The notes below the pieces were generated by a model. The model was given only the letters and a program-made list of their open reading frames with translations, had not been told where the DNA came from and did not search any database. From Lophium mytilinum (taxonomy: Eukaryota), in assembly GCA_010093605.1 (NCBI GenBank), contig MU004192.1:1310882-1347833 (forward strand): DNA of 36,952 nt, given 5' to 3'. The position numbers and the translations under genes are program-made. Of the stretch, positions 10,278 to 20,554 are shown in pieces (position 1 is the first letter of the stretch; every line of letters starts with the position of its first letter).

Positions 10278-11522
10278 CTACCACAGAGCATATTGTCTCT
10301 GCGCCGTGATGGGCCGATCGGGGAGCTGTACCCAAAGCTTCCGATTATCGCGCTTCTTCTTGTACTCGTCGCTAAGTCGGATCCGCGTCGCCTCTTCCTT
10401 CAACACGAATGAGATACCTATCAACCTCCAATTAGCACCACTCACCCAAAAAAACGCAACCAGCACAGGAAATCAACTCACTCGTCTTCGGATGCCTCAA
10501 CACATCCGCCCGCCCCCTCGCCCTCGGCATCACACTCATCGAATAAGGACCCCTACCCACCCACGCCTGGTCCACATAGATCTCCGTCCGATCCCGCACC
10601 ACCCTCGTCTTGCCCCTCTTATCCTCCACTTCCACACTCTCCCCAGCCCTCCCCTCCGCCTTCCCAAGCCCCATCCCCCGCTCCACCACCGCCGTATCCC
10701 GCGCCATCTTCAGCGACGCCAGCACCTCCCTCGCCACCTTCTTCTTGCTAAACCGCATCTGCACCAGCGCCTGCGCAACCGGCTTCCCCGCGATCTGATT
10801 CGCCAGCTTCGTGAGCTTCTTCACCGAGGTATTGAAGAACGGCGACTTGTACTCCGCGCTGCGTTCCGTGCGCAGCAGCAGCGCGGTTTTCGATAACCGC
10901 CCGCGGTGCCGGATGGTGCGGATGACGCGCTTGCGCTCCCATGCGCGGCGTTTCGCGGGGAAGGGATCGAGGGCGTAGGCGGCGATGTGGCGGTCGAGGT
11001 GGGAGGCGGAGTCAGCAGGAGTGTCGGCATCAGCTTCTACAGCGAGTTCCTTCCTGGGGGGTTGCTTCTTGGCGATGGCTTTCGAGGGGGTTTCGAGGGC
11101 TTTGAGGACCTCGACGCGGCGGGCGCGCTGCTCCATTGCGAGCTGCTCGGCAGGGGTGCGCTGGGGGACGACGTCGAAGATGGAGGTTGGGGGTAGCGCG
11201 CCGGTGGGAATGGAGGGCGTGGGCTGGATTTTGGGGCCTTTGGGTTTCTCTGCAGCGGCAGCTTCCTGCTTGGCGGTGTATTGGGCCAGGATGGGGTTCC
11301 AGTTTTTTTCTGGGTCGGACGGTAGCGGGGGAGTGTCGTTCTTGGAGGATTTCTTCTCGGCGGGCCTGGGGGCGGAGGAGGTGAGGGTGCGGATTGGGAG
11401 GAGGGAGGTCCGAAGGCTGTTGAGCACGCCGGCTGGGGGTTGTTAGCTCAATTCATCGATGGAGAGAGTAAAATGGGTGTACCTGGCCGGGCCAGCTGGC
11501 GAGAGGGTATTCGGAGGCTCAT
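10278..11522 (-). CDS. MRPL22: Mitochondrial ribosomal protein L22 (uL22m); exons 11522-11483, 11432-10482, 10417-10278
   Basis: L22 domain TSVKKLTKLANQIAGKPV..ALVQMRFSKKK..YVDQAWVGRG..PRARGRA..HPKTSISFVLKEE, an Arg/Ser-rich presequence, and canonical 50- and 64-nt introns. Confidence 0.95.
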
Positions 11523-11600
11523 CGTGGCGGGGGTGCCGTCCCGAATGGTGGTGTTGATGCTGTGGTGATGGCCGGGGTTAAAATTCTCGGCAGGCACGCG

Positions 11601-11608
11601 TCACGTGA
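11601..11608. promoter_or_regulatory. TCACGTGA E-box (bHLH/Cbf1-type) upstream of MRPL22
   Basis: Palindrome ~80 bp upstream of the ATG. The same octamer occurs at 21409 upstream of STN1 and at 25093. Confidence 0.35.
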
Positions 11609-11619
11609 TATCCCATCTG

Positions 11620-11862
11620 ATAGAGCCATCCTTCGCGGTGGTGTCCATCAATCAAAACTAGAACCTATAGCCAAATACCTGCTAATTACGCCACCTCTTA
11701 CGGTGGTATCCGTCGATCAAAAGTAGAACCTGGACCCAAACACCTGCTGGCTATGCCACCCCTGACGGTGCTATCTATCGGTCAAGAATAGAACCTGTAG
11801 TCAGATACCTGCTAGTTGAGCCACCTTCTACGGTAGTATCTATCGATCAAAAGTGGCACCAG
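11620..11862 (+). repeat. Tandem array of the core repeat, exact 65-bp period, 4 copies
   Basis: GCCA(C/T)C cores at 11625, 11690, 11755 and 11820; unit ~GCCACCCCTGACGGTGGTATCTATCGATCAAAAGTAGAACCTG..ACCTGCTAG. Confidence 0.93.
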
Positions 11863-12085
11863 TAGCATGCTATATCTACTTACATCAATCACATTATACT
11901 ACAAGAAGCACCACATCACGTTCAGTCATACACTCTTGATCACATACCGAAATTTGTTGGTAATTCCTTCATTTCCAGCACACAAAATGCCGGCCAGGAG
12001 TGCCTAAACTCCACGCTAAAGTTCACATGATGCTGCCCCGGTGCCCCCCCATTCCCTACACACTAGACACGCACAGGCACGGCAC

Positions 12086-15000
12086 TCAGAGTCCAATCCG
12101 GCCACGCTTCATCGCAAGCCTCTGCCCGCGGCCCCGATTACCCAACGCGCGCCTGAAGGAGTGGAACCCCGCGGCGACCTCGCGGCCCTTCGGCGTCGCG
12201 ATCTTCACCTCGAGCGTCCGGCCAAAGAACTCAGTGCCATTTAGGCGGGCCACAGCGTCCTCGGCGTCTTGCTAGAAAATCACAAGTTGTGTTAGAAAAA
12301 CTGCTCTAACCAACAAAAAGCAGGGCAAGGGTGGTGATTTGAACTTACAGGAGTGTCATAAGTGCCGAAGCAATAGGCCCTGGCGTGACCAACGCCAGTG
12401 TGGTTGACGTTCTCCTCCGGCAGGCCCAAGAAATCGGCCAAGTCCGGCGGCTCAAAGCCCTTGAAGGGGAGACCGCGTACGAAAACCTGCCGGCCCGCTT
12501 CTAAGGCTTCGCGTGATTTCTGCTTCTCCAACTCCTTCTGCTCGTGTTGCGCTAGGAACTTGGCGTGGTTCGGGTTCATTTTGGGTTTCTTGGACGATTC
12601 GTCTTCTTCTTCGGCAGGAGCTGGGGACGGGGTGCGCTTTCGCTTCACGCTTGGTGTGGCTACTTCTGTGGTTTGTATTGGTACTTGTGCGCGAGAAGCT
12701 TGTTGCTCAGGAGGAGCTGATTCCTGGAGTATGGGAGCTTCGCGGGCTAGACGCTCAGCGACCTTTGTGTCGGCGTCGCGGGTGACGATCATGGCGTGCT
12801 GGACGACGGAAGCGTTCTCGTGTTGCTCGCAATGCTGTCGATACATGCGGACGGCTTCCGCAGGGTTGTCAATCGTGTCCAACTCGTTCAAGGCCTCTGC
12901 GAGAACGGCGGTGGCTCCCAGAGGCTGGTTTGAGAGGATACCAAAGCTGGGACCGCTGGGGACAGGCCACATCACTAGTTCCCAGGTGTACCAGCGAGAC
13001 CAGAAGTCGAGATGGCCGTGATGTTTTGACTTCAGATCTGCCCAGGCCTTGCGTGCGTCGTCGATGCGGCCTTGTTGAGTCAAGAGCTTGATCTTGATCT
13101 TCTCGAGTCGGAATTGAGGGTCGCCTGGGTACTGTTGGTCGTACTTGGCGAATTGCTTGATTCCAACTTCATTGACGTGCTCCATCGCGGAGATGATGGC
13201 AAGTTCAGCTTCGTCAACAGGCTCTTCAGCGTGGGCGGCAGAAGCGTTGTGGCTGTTGGTAGTGTTGGTGTTGAAGGCGGCGCGACGGAGAAAGCCGCAG
13301 AAGGCAATGAACAGCTGGATGAGATCTTCCATATCGCCAACGTCAAGGACTCCCGTCTTGAGGGCCTGGTTTTTCACATCCTCGATAGCGGCACGCTGGA
13401 AGCCGGCGATCTCCAGGTGGAGGATCTTGTGGGCCCATAACGCGCCGCACCAGGGAGCGTGGCGGACTGCTTCTTGTAACACCTGTTCAGTTCGAGTCGG
13501 CTCGTTTTTCTTGATGAGATATTCCACGTAGTCCAGCCAAAGAGCATGCTGGTACGGGAATCGAAGGACGGCTCGGTCGAAGAGCGCCGTGATGGTATCG
13601 AAACTAAATACGCCCTCCTTTCTCATTTCGTGGCGAAGATACGCTACAAAGAGATTGTATTCGTCTCCGCTCGCTTCACCGCCGTGCTCCTGTATCTTGC
13701 TTTCGATCTGATCATCCCATGTCTTCCGATATTTGTAGGCGTTGTTGGCCCTGGCATAAACGCCGAACCCGTGGTGGACGGCCTGCATTTTCTCTTCGTA
13801 GGTTGGCATATCGTCGGCATACACCACTGAGACCCACCGCTTGTACAACTCTCGAGTTTCCTCCCATTGGGCATGAGCGCGTGTTAGTCGAGCCTCGTAT
13901 TGCTCAACAATACTAATGGCCAGGTTTGGCTGCGGATTTTCCTCGTACTGAGCTTCCTGAATCGCCATCCATCGGTTGAAGACAAGATGGGAGTCTTTCA
14001 ACTGAGCCCCAGTGGCGCGCCCTGCCTGTTCCCATGCTTCACGAACTTCGGCCCAAGTGAAGATATTCTGCCCATCTTGCTGCTCCTGTGGGCTCCAATC
14101 GCTTCCTTCCTCGGTAAGATTGTTGGCAGCCAAGTACCAGTCGTATAACATGTTGCCGAACTGGACCCACACTTTGACACTACGCGGCTCATCCTTTAGC
14201 GCTTGGGTTTTGCAAAATTCAATGAGTGCAAGGCGGTCCTGGGTGGAGTATGCGCTCTTGAGTTTGAAGTCGATCCAGTTGCAGTAGAAGTCCTCGCCCA
14301 ACGAGTATATGCTGCATATCTGCTCGAAGGCCTCCTTCAGGTCCGACCAGTGTTCATAGGTGCCCGCGGGCCGCCGTTCTCCCTCTTCGGTGTGTCGCTT
14401 GAAGCCGGCGTACAGGGCCTCGACGAAGCCTTTGTTGTTCCAGTAGTTGGTGGGCTCCTTGAGGCGAACATCGTAGGCAGTGTTGAGACTGTCGCACTCG
14501 TCGCTGGTCAGCGAGGCAGCCTTGAAGACGCGCGGAGAGTTGTCCTGAGCAGCCATCTGGAGTTCCTTGGCCGAGTTGCCGGAGAGACTGCGCGGGAGGT
14601 TTTCGAGACTGTGGACGCGGGTCAGAGCGTGTTGAGGGTAGCGTGACAAGGTGAAGTGAAGAGATGAGTTGCGCGGTGAAAACCAGGCCGTCGGGGTAGC
14701 CCGGCGAGCTTAAGGAGTGTGCAGGACTGACAGGTCGGTGAAAGGGTGTTCGAATGGTGAAGGTCCCATTGCCTTGAGGATGTGGTGTTGGGGACGGGAA
14801 GGTGCAGTGGTGGTGCGGTGGGAAAAGAGTGAAAACAAAAAACAGAAGAGACTTACGTCATGGGAGGGCGCGTCGGTGGATGAGCCTGAGCTTCTCGCGC
14901 GCCGCTGGCACTGTGCGGCACTGCCTGCTGCTGTTGCTGCATCGAAGCCAGATCTGTTCCGCTTCCTGTTAGCAGCCGCCTTTCCGCGTCAAACAGCTCC

Positions 15001-15431
15001 ACTTCCCACTCACCAGCCAGTGTGTCCATACCCGGCGTCGACGTGTGTCTCGAGAGCGGCGGCTGCGGGGGCGTCATGCGCGTGTCGAAGGTCTGAATGC
15101 CCCGGGCATCAATCGGAGGGGTGCTCGCGGCGCTGTGGATAGTTCCCGCGCGCCCGTTGACGCTCGACAGGCCCGGCGACGGCAGCTGGCCGCCCATTGC
15201 GAGATGTGTGTGGTACGAATTGTGCGTGAGCGTCGAGGACGGCATCGGCTCGACGTGGGAATGCGGCGACGAGGTGATCTGTTGGCTCAGGGTGCTCGAG
15301 GTGCGGCGCGGCGGTGCCTGTCTCTGCGGCCGCTTCAACGGCGAGCTCATGGGCGACTGACGCAGCCGCGGAGGAGGAGGAGTATCGCCCACAGGCGACT
15401 CCTGCGGCGACAGCAGGCTGTTGATGTCCAT
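12086..15431 (-). CDS. PRP24: PRP24/SART3-like U4/U6 recycling factor: HAT repeats plus one RRM (~986 aa); exons 15431-15014, 14953-14857, 14608-12349, 12271-12086
   Basis: HAT-type repeats (LFDRAVLRFPYQHALWLDYVEYL, AVRHAPWCGALW), a KRKR NLS, RNP2 VFVRGL and RNP1-like RAYCFGTY, with the RRM completed by QDAEDAVARLNGTEFFGRTLEVKIA in the last exon. All introns are canonical and frame-consistent. Confidence 0.8.
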
Positions 15432-16499
15432 GTGGGAGGATGCTGGGCTCGGGGGATGGAGAGGGCGACGAAGACGAAGTTTGCGCAGGCGGGCTGGGAC
15501 TGGCTCGGTGCAGATCGAAATTCATGGACGTGGTCAAGCTACGCCGAGAGCGATGTCGCGCATGTCAACAAGGACGGGCGCCGAATTGGTCGCTGTAGTG
15601 CTGGGGGTGCGGGCGAAGGACTCGCGGCGTCGGTATTCAGTGCTGTGGTGGTGCTCCTGGGCTGCACAAAGGCGTCCGATGATGCTGTCACGGCTCCCAG
15701 GGCTGCACTTGACCCTCTCAAGCCCTGCAAGCCCTGTCTCGGCATGCCGTCAGGTCCGCGCCAGCTGCTTTGGGGGCTAGCCATGCAGCCGTGGTGCAGC
15801 GGAGTCCATCGCCTCGACTCCGAGACGCCCTCGCCAATCGGGAGCCGCGTTAGGGGCGACGGTCTGGGCCCGGGATAGGGCTGATGTCCTCTCTGGTCAC
15901 CTCATGGCTGGCTATTCATGTGAGACAGGAATCGATATCAAGATTGAATCAAGGAAGCAGGCTCGTTAATCAAGATCCCTTGCCGTATATAGCACAGGCC
16001 CGACCATCCAGGCTCACTGCGCAGTATCTCCACGAGGACTACAGCTATCAAGACAAGAGTGGTGCCATTAGAATCGCAGCAATCTCTTCTCTAACATGAC
16101 TCGGTCGCCTGAATCGCCACCATAAGATCGAGCTTATTCTTTTCAGTAAAAGAAGAATGGCTACTTGGCGTCTTTCCGCAGCTACCCACCCCCTAGACCT
16201 AGAAAGTTAAGTTGGGCCTCCCTCTTACCAAGGAGACCTCTACAAGTCTAGTAGAGTATTTGAGACCTCGACATATACGCTGGATGCATTATAGGGGTAG
16301 GTATCGCGCAGTGAAGAAGGTTTATAACATAAAACTACGGATTCCAAAGGCACTTTAGTGTATATAAAGGGCCACCAGACCCTTACGGCTGGAAACAATT
16401 TAGCGTCTCAAGCCCCCGTTAATTCATGTTGAGTCGGTGTGCATATAGTGGACTACCTTCCCGCAATCTATATGCATAATCTAGCACCCCTCGGAGCTC

Positions 16500-17215
16500 G
16501 TAGTTTAGCTACTTAAATATATTACTGCAGAAGTGCTACTTTAGAAGCTATTTACTACTATAAGGAGCACCTTCGCGAGTAGGTAGCCGACCGACTAAAA
16601 GACAGTCTAATATATAATGCGTAAGTCTAGATATTAGTTCAGAATAGCTATAAGTCTAGCTATATTAATATTAGCACGCTTAAGTACTATTTTAGAAGCT
16701 ATATAGCACTGTTAGGGGTATCCCAGCTAGTAGGTACTCAGTTAGCTAAAAGGTTGGCTAATATCTACTAAAGTAAACTTAATTTCAGTCGCAAGGAATA
16801 TAGAGATATATATCTTAGTATTATACTGCACTAGCCCTAGTCTTAGTAAATCGACGTTACTATTAGGGCTGGCCCAGCGGGTGGGTTTACTACGTTGAAC
16901 GCTATCCTATTTTCCACTGCAGCAACTATCACGTTGGTTGCAAGGAGTTCCTAGAAATATATATCTTGGTACCGCACTGCACGGGTTCTACTCTTGATTG
17001 CTTATTAGCACTGTCAGGGGTGGCCCAGTGGGTAGGCATTCCGTCAATCAAAAGGTAGCCTGGTTTCTACTGCAGCGATCTATGCATCTTGCTTGGAGTT
17101 CAAAAGAATAGGCACGTATGTATGTATACCAATGCACGGGTTCCACTCTCGATTAGTTGATAGCACCGTCAGGGGTGGCCCAGCCCGCAGGTGTCCGGCC
17201 AGCCAAAAAGCATCC
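16500..17215 (-). repeat. Tandem array of the core repeat in reverse orientation, ~151-bp period, 5 copies, partly RIP-mutated
   Basis: AGGGGTGGCCCAG-type cores on + at 16563, 16714, 16865, 17016 and 17171 (spacing 151/151/151/155). The left copies are TpA-rich. Confidence 0.85.
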
Positions 17216-17297
17216 AATTTTCCACCAAAAACGCCAGCGCTATGCAACCAGCCATCCCATCCCCAGAAGCCAGACTCCAGAACAGTCAAAGAAGCAA

Positions 17298-19022
17298 TCA
17301 CACATGCCCATTTACTAGCATATCCACCATACCTGCGACCCGGTTCGCGACCTGGCTCGCCTCGAGCCCGTTGCGCACCGCCGTGCACAGGTCCGTGAAC
17401 AGCTGTTGCGTGTCGGGCGATTGAGCGAGGTACTCGGCGTAGAGGTCGAGGACGAGGAGGATGACGTCCGAGGCAAGGGTGACGAGGCGCGGTTGCGTGA
17501 TGAGGGTGGTGTTGATCCAGCGTAGGATGGGCTGGAGGGTGAGCTCGTCGCGGTTGGAGAGGGCGGTACGGAGTGCAGAGCGGTGGCGGAGCGTGGTGAG
17601 GAGGGTGGTGGTGTCTTGGAGGCTGTTGGGGGACTGGGGGACGTTAGTAGGGGAACTTTGCGGGAGAGATGGGATTTGAAAGGGTAGTGAGTCTAGGGGT
17701 GAGTGGTGATAAGAAGGGGTTTGGATGCATACTTTTGATTCCAACACCTGATCAAGCGCCGTCTCGTACTTGCCGGCCTGAAGCGATAGCTCCCAGTTGG
17801 CAAAGTTCTTGATTTTGCCCCTGTCGTTGCCTTTGATGATGATGTCGGCGCCTTCGCCTGTGTAGTCTTTGCCACGGAGTCGCTTTTCCCAGCCCTTCCC
17901 CCTCTTCCGTTTCAACGACTTCTTGTCGTACTCATCAATCTTCCCGTCCATTAAAGCGGCCATCTCTTTCTCGCGCTCTTTCGCAAGCGCTTTTTGCTTG
18001 CCAGACAACCGAGTCTTGACAGATAGCAGTCCAGACTCCATACCGACGGCAAGATGTCTGTCTTCCCTTGCAGCTCCAGAACTGATAACAGAGAGCGACA
18101 ATACCGGACTGGGATACTTGAAGCCAGCAACTACGTTCCACGCAGCAGTCTCAAACACCTTGACATGGCCGTCAAGTCCTCCACTCAGCACTCTGGTGCC
18201 ATCATTCGCAAGCGCCAGACACGTAACAGTCTTCTGATGGTTCTCCAGCAGCTCCTGCGTCCTCGCGCCCACTAGATCCAACACCGCAATCTGATTCCCA
18301 CCCGCGGCCAACACCGTCGTGGCCGACGGCATCGGAAGTACCGCCTCAACCATCGAGCCCATGTTAAAGATCATGACCTCCTTCCCCGGCGTCCTCGGAT
18401 CCCACAACCGCACAGTCTGATCATAACTCCCACTAACCACCAACCCACTCGCCTGCTTCGGCATGAACGCGCCCGACCGCACATAGTCATCGTGTCCATA
18501 GAAAGTATGCGTGCTCGCATCCGACGGTAGATCCCATATCCGCACCGTAGTGTCATCGCTTGCGCTCATCAACGTCGTCAGTTCGTCTGGATGCCACTTC
18601 GTCACCCACACCGGCTGCTTATGCTCCTTCCACGTCTTCAGGATCGCGCGTGAGCTGATGTCGAAGGTCTGAATCGCGCCTGTCTCGCCGCCCGCCACGA
18701 GGATCCGGCCATCGCGGCGAATGGTGCCGCTGTGCGCGACGTCCTCGGCGCTGAAGCGCGATATTGTTTTCACGAGCTGTCGGGTTTTGGAGCTGAAGAT
18801 CTGGACGCGCGGACCGGACGTCACGGCAAAGGTCTCGGCGGGCGGTGAAGCGGAGATTCGGGTGGGAGGCGGAGGGAATGAGATGGAGGTTATGGCGGTG
18901 TTGTTCGGTGCGGAGAGCTGCAGGTCGTTGGTGAAGGAGTTCCAGTATTTTTGCTCGGGCGTTATGGCGGAGGGCCCTGTGGGGAGCTTCACCCGCTGCA
19001 GGGGTTGCACTTCGGCGGCCAT
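17298..19022 (-). CDS. UTP15: U3 snoRNP/SSU processome WD40 protein; exons 19022-17733, 17633-17298
   Basis: WD40 repeats (SASDDTTVRIWD, GHDDYVRSG, SGSYDQTVRLWDPR, HQKTVTCL, SGGLDGHVKVF) and UTP15 C-terminal LRHRSALRTALSNRDE..LQPILRW. Intron of 99 nt, GTATGC..ACTAAC..CAG. Confidence 0.93.
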   Translation of the reverse strand: MAAEVQPLQRVKLPTGPSAITPEQKYWNSFTNDLQLSAPNNTAITSISFPPPPTRISASPPAETFAVTSGPRVQIFSSKTRQLVKTISRFSAEDVAHSGTIRRDGRILVAGGETGAIQTFDISSRAILKTWKEHKQPVWVTKWHPDELTTLMSASDDTTVRIWDLPSDASTHTFYGHDDYVRSGAFMPKQASGLVVSGSYDQTVRLWDPRTPGKEVMIFNMGSMVEAVLPMPSATTVLAAGGNQIAVLDLVGARTQELLENHQKTVTCLALANDGTRVLSGGLDGHVKVFETAAWNVVAGFKYPSPVLSLSVISSGAAREDRHLAVGMESGLLSVKTRLSGKQKALAKEREKEMAALMDGKIDEYDKKSLKRKRGKGWEKRLRGKDYTGEGADIIIKGNDRGKIKNFANWELSLQAGKYETALDQVLESKVCIQTPSYHHSPLDSLPFQIPSLPQSSPTNVPQSPNSLQDTTTLLTTLRHRSALRTALSNRDELTLQPILRWINTTLITQPRLVTLASDVILLVLDLYAEYLAQSPDTQQLFTDLCTAVRNGLEASQVANRVAGMVDMLVNGHV

Positions 19023-19148
19023 TGTGAGGTGAGTAGCTGTGCTGGTCGAGGATGGGGAGGAGTGGTGAAGGACTCGGTGGTGGTGGAGATAATTTTTGTG
19101 AGCCCGAGCTTTGCCAAGATTTCGTGGATTTCATCCCTGCAGCACATA

Positions 19149-19236
19149 GCAGTGGAAATTAGCCTACCTTTTGACTGACCGAACACCTGCTGGCTGGGCC
19201 ACCCTCTACAGTGGTATTTGATTGGTTAGAGTAGAA
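19149..19236 (+). repeat. Single copy of the core repeat upstream of UTP15
   Basis: 62/88 ungapped identity (counted by hand) to the reverse complement of 16986-17073. Confidence 0.85.
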
Positions 19237-19739
19237 GTCAATTTCGTGCTATATCCCACTGTCTGAACTTGAAAAACTAAAAAATAATTCTAAAATTGGA
19301 ATACGTAGAACTATATCTGCATCGACTAAGGGGTCCCCTAAGGCTTTCTCTTCTTCAAAAGTTCTCTCCTTCCCATTATCTTGTCCGATAGTGGTTCTAC
19401 CACTCTCTATTGTCGGGCGTGCTGCAGTAGCTAGAGTCATTCTCTCCTGGACATTGCTCTCTGGACACTCTCTGCGCAACCCTCACCTTAACGTTCTGGA
19501 GCTTTGAAGGTGGGGACTGTTGTAGTTAGGCGCTTGCGGGGGTCTTGGGGAGTATAGGGAGGTGCGTGAAGGAGAGGTGCATGAGGGATGGGTGGCACAA
19601 TCGTGACCCTAAGAAAGGGATGGCTGGCAGTAAAATCGTACATTTCCGTCGTATTACTCGTGAAATCGTATACCCACATTACTCCCCCCCCACCATTTCC
19701 CACACACCCCCAACCGGCATCCAGCAGACTAGTCCCCCA

Positions 19740-20554
19740 TCATATCCTCCCCATAAAACACACAGCCCCTACAACCAAACTCACAACCAAAACCCCCATC
19801 CCCACCCCCGCCCTCACAACATCCGCAGCGTTTACAACCAGAATCGTTCCGCAACTCCCCTGCCGCTCCGTTGGCAGCCCCGGCCCGTTGGCCGTGAGGG
19901 TGCTGCAGTACCCATTATAGATGTTCCCTGCGGCGGCGGCCTGAGTGGTTGTGTAGGCTTGTACGTAGACGGTGCTTTGGTAGTTTACGGGGGTGGTGAC
20001 GACGTTTTGGACGGTTATGGTGGTCACGGCAGCGGCGTTGACGGCGCCGCTGCAGGAGGTGTTGGGCGGGCAGCAGCCGATTAGCCCTGAGGAGGAGGAG
20101 GGGACGGCGCAGGTGTAGGTGGTGGGGCAGCACCTAGGGAGGTGTTAGTTCAGAGAGGTAGGTTAGAGATAAGTCTGGGGTGGCGAGGGCTGTGGATTGA
20201 GGCAATATGAAAGCTTTGAATGCTGGATGGTTGCTGGAAGGTTGCTGGCTTTTCTGAGGTGTCTTGAGGCGTGGAGGGTCGCGAGTTGAAGAATTAGAAA
20301 AGGGGGTGGTACCAGCTCGGCTGATTGATGCTACTACAGCTTACAGAGGCGTATGATGGGCACATGTTTGCGCCTGCGGCGTTGACTTGCTGGCCATTGG
20401 GGTAGACGATGTAGATTGCGCCGGAGAAGGGCGCGTAGGTGTCCTGCCGCGGCAAGAGGAGCTCTGGGTTTTGTATTATGTTTCGATTCGAGAGCGCAAG
20501 GGTAGAGGGTATGAGGAAGGCTAGGAGGAGGGTGGTGACGTTTGAGAACTTCAT
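19740..20554 (-). CDS. Small secreted Cys-rich, probably GPI-anchored cell-surface protein (211 aa); exons 20554-20313, 20133-19740
   Basis: Signal peptide MKFSNVTTLLLAFLIPSTLA, CP..C..WCCP..C..GCCP..C, a Thr-rich segment, YCSTL..GPGLPT..CG and a hydrophobic C-terminus. The 179-nt intron joins the two ORFs in frame. Confidence 0.85.

Noticed and set aside
11620..11862. CRISPR-like appearance of regularly spaced 65-bp units (also 6650-7410)
   Set aside because: Whole units are homologous with no unique spacers, the context is eukaryotic, and there are no cas genes.
12398..14646. Long antisense ORFs over PRP24 (likewise over GH31, MRPL22, UTP15)
   Set aside because: Expected shadows of GC-rich codon usage on the opposite strand.
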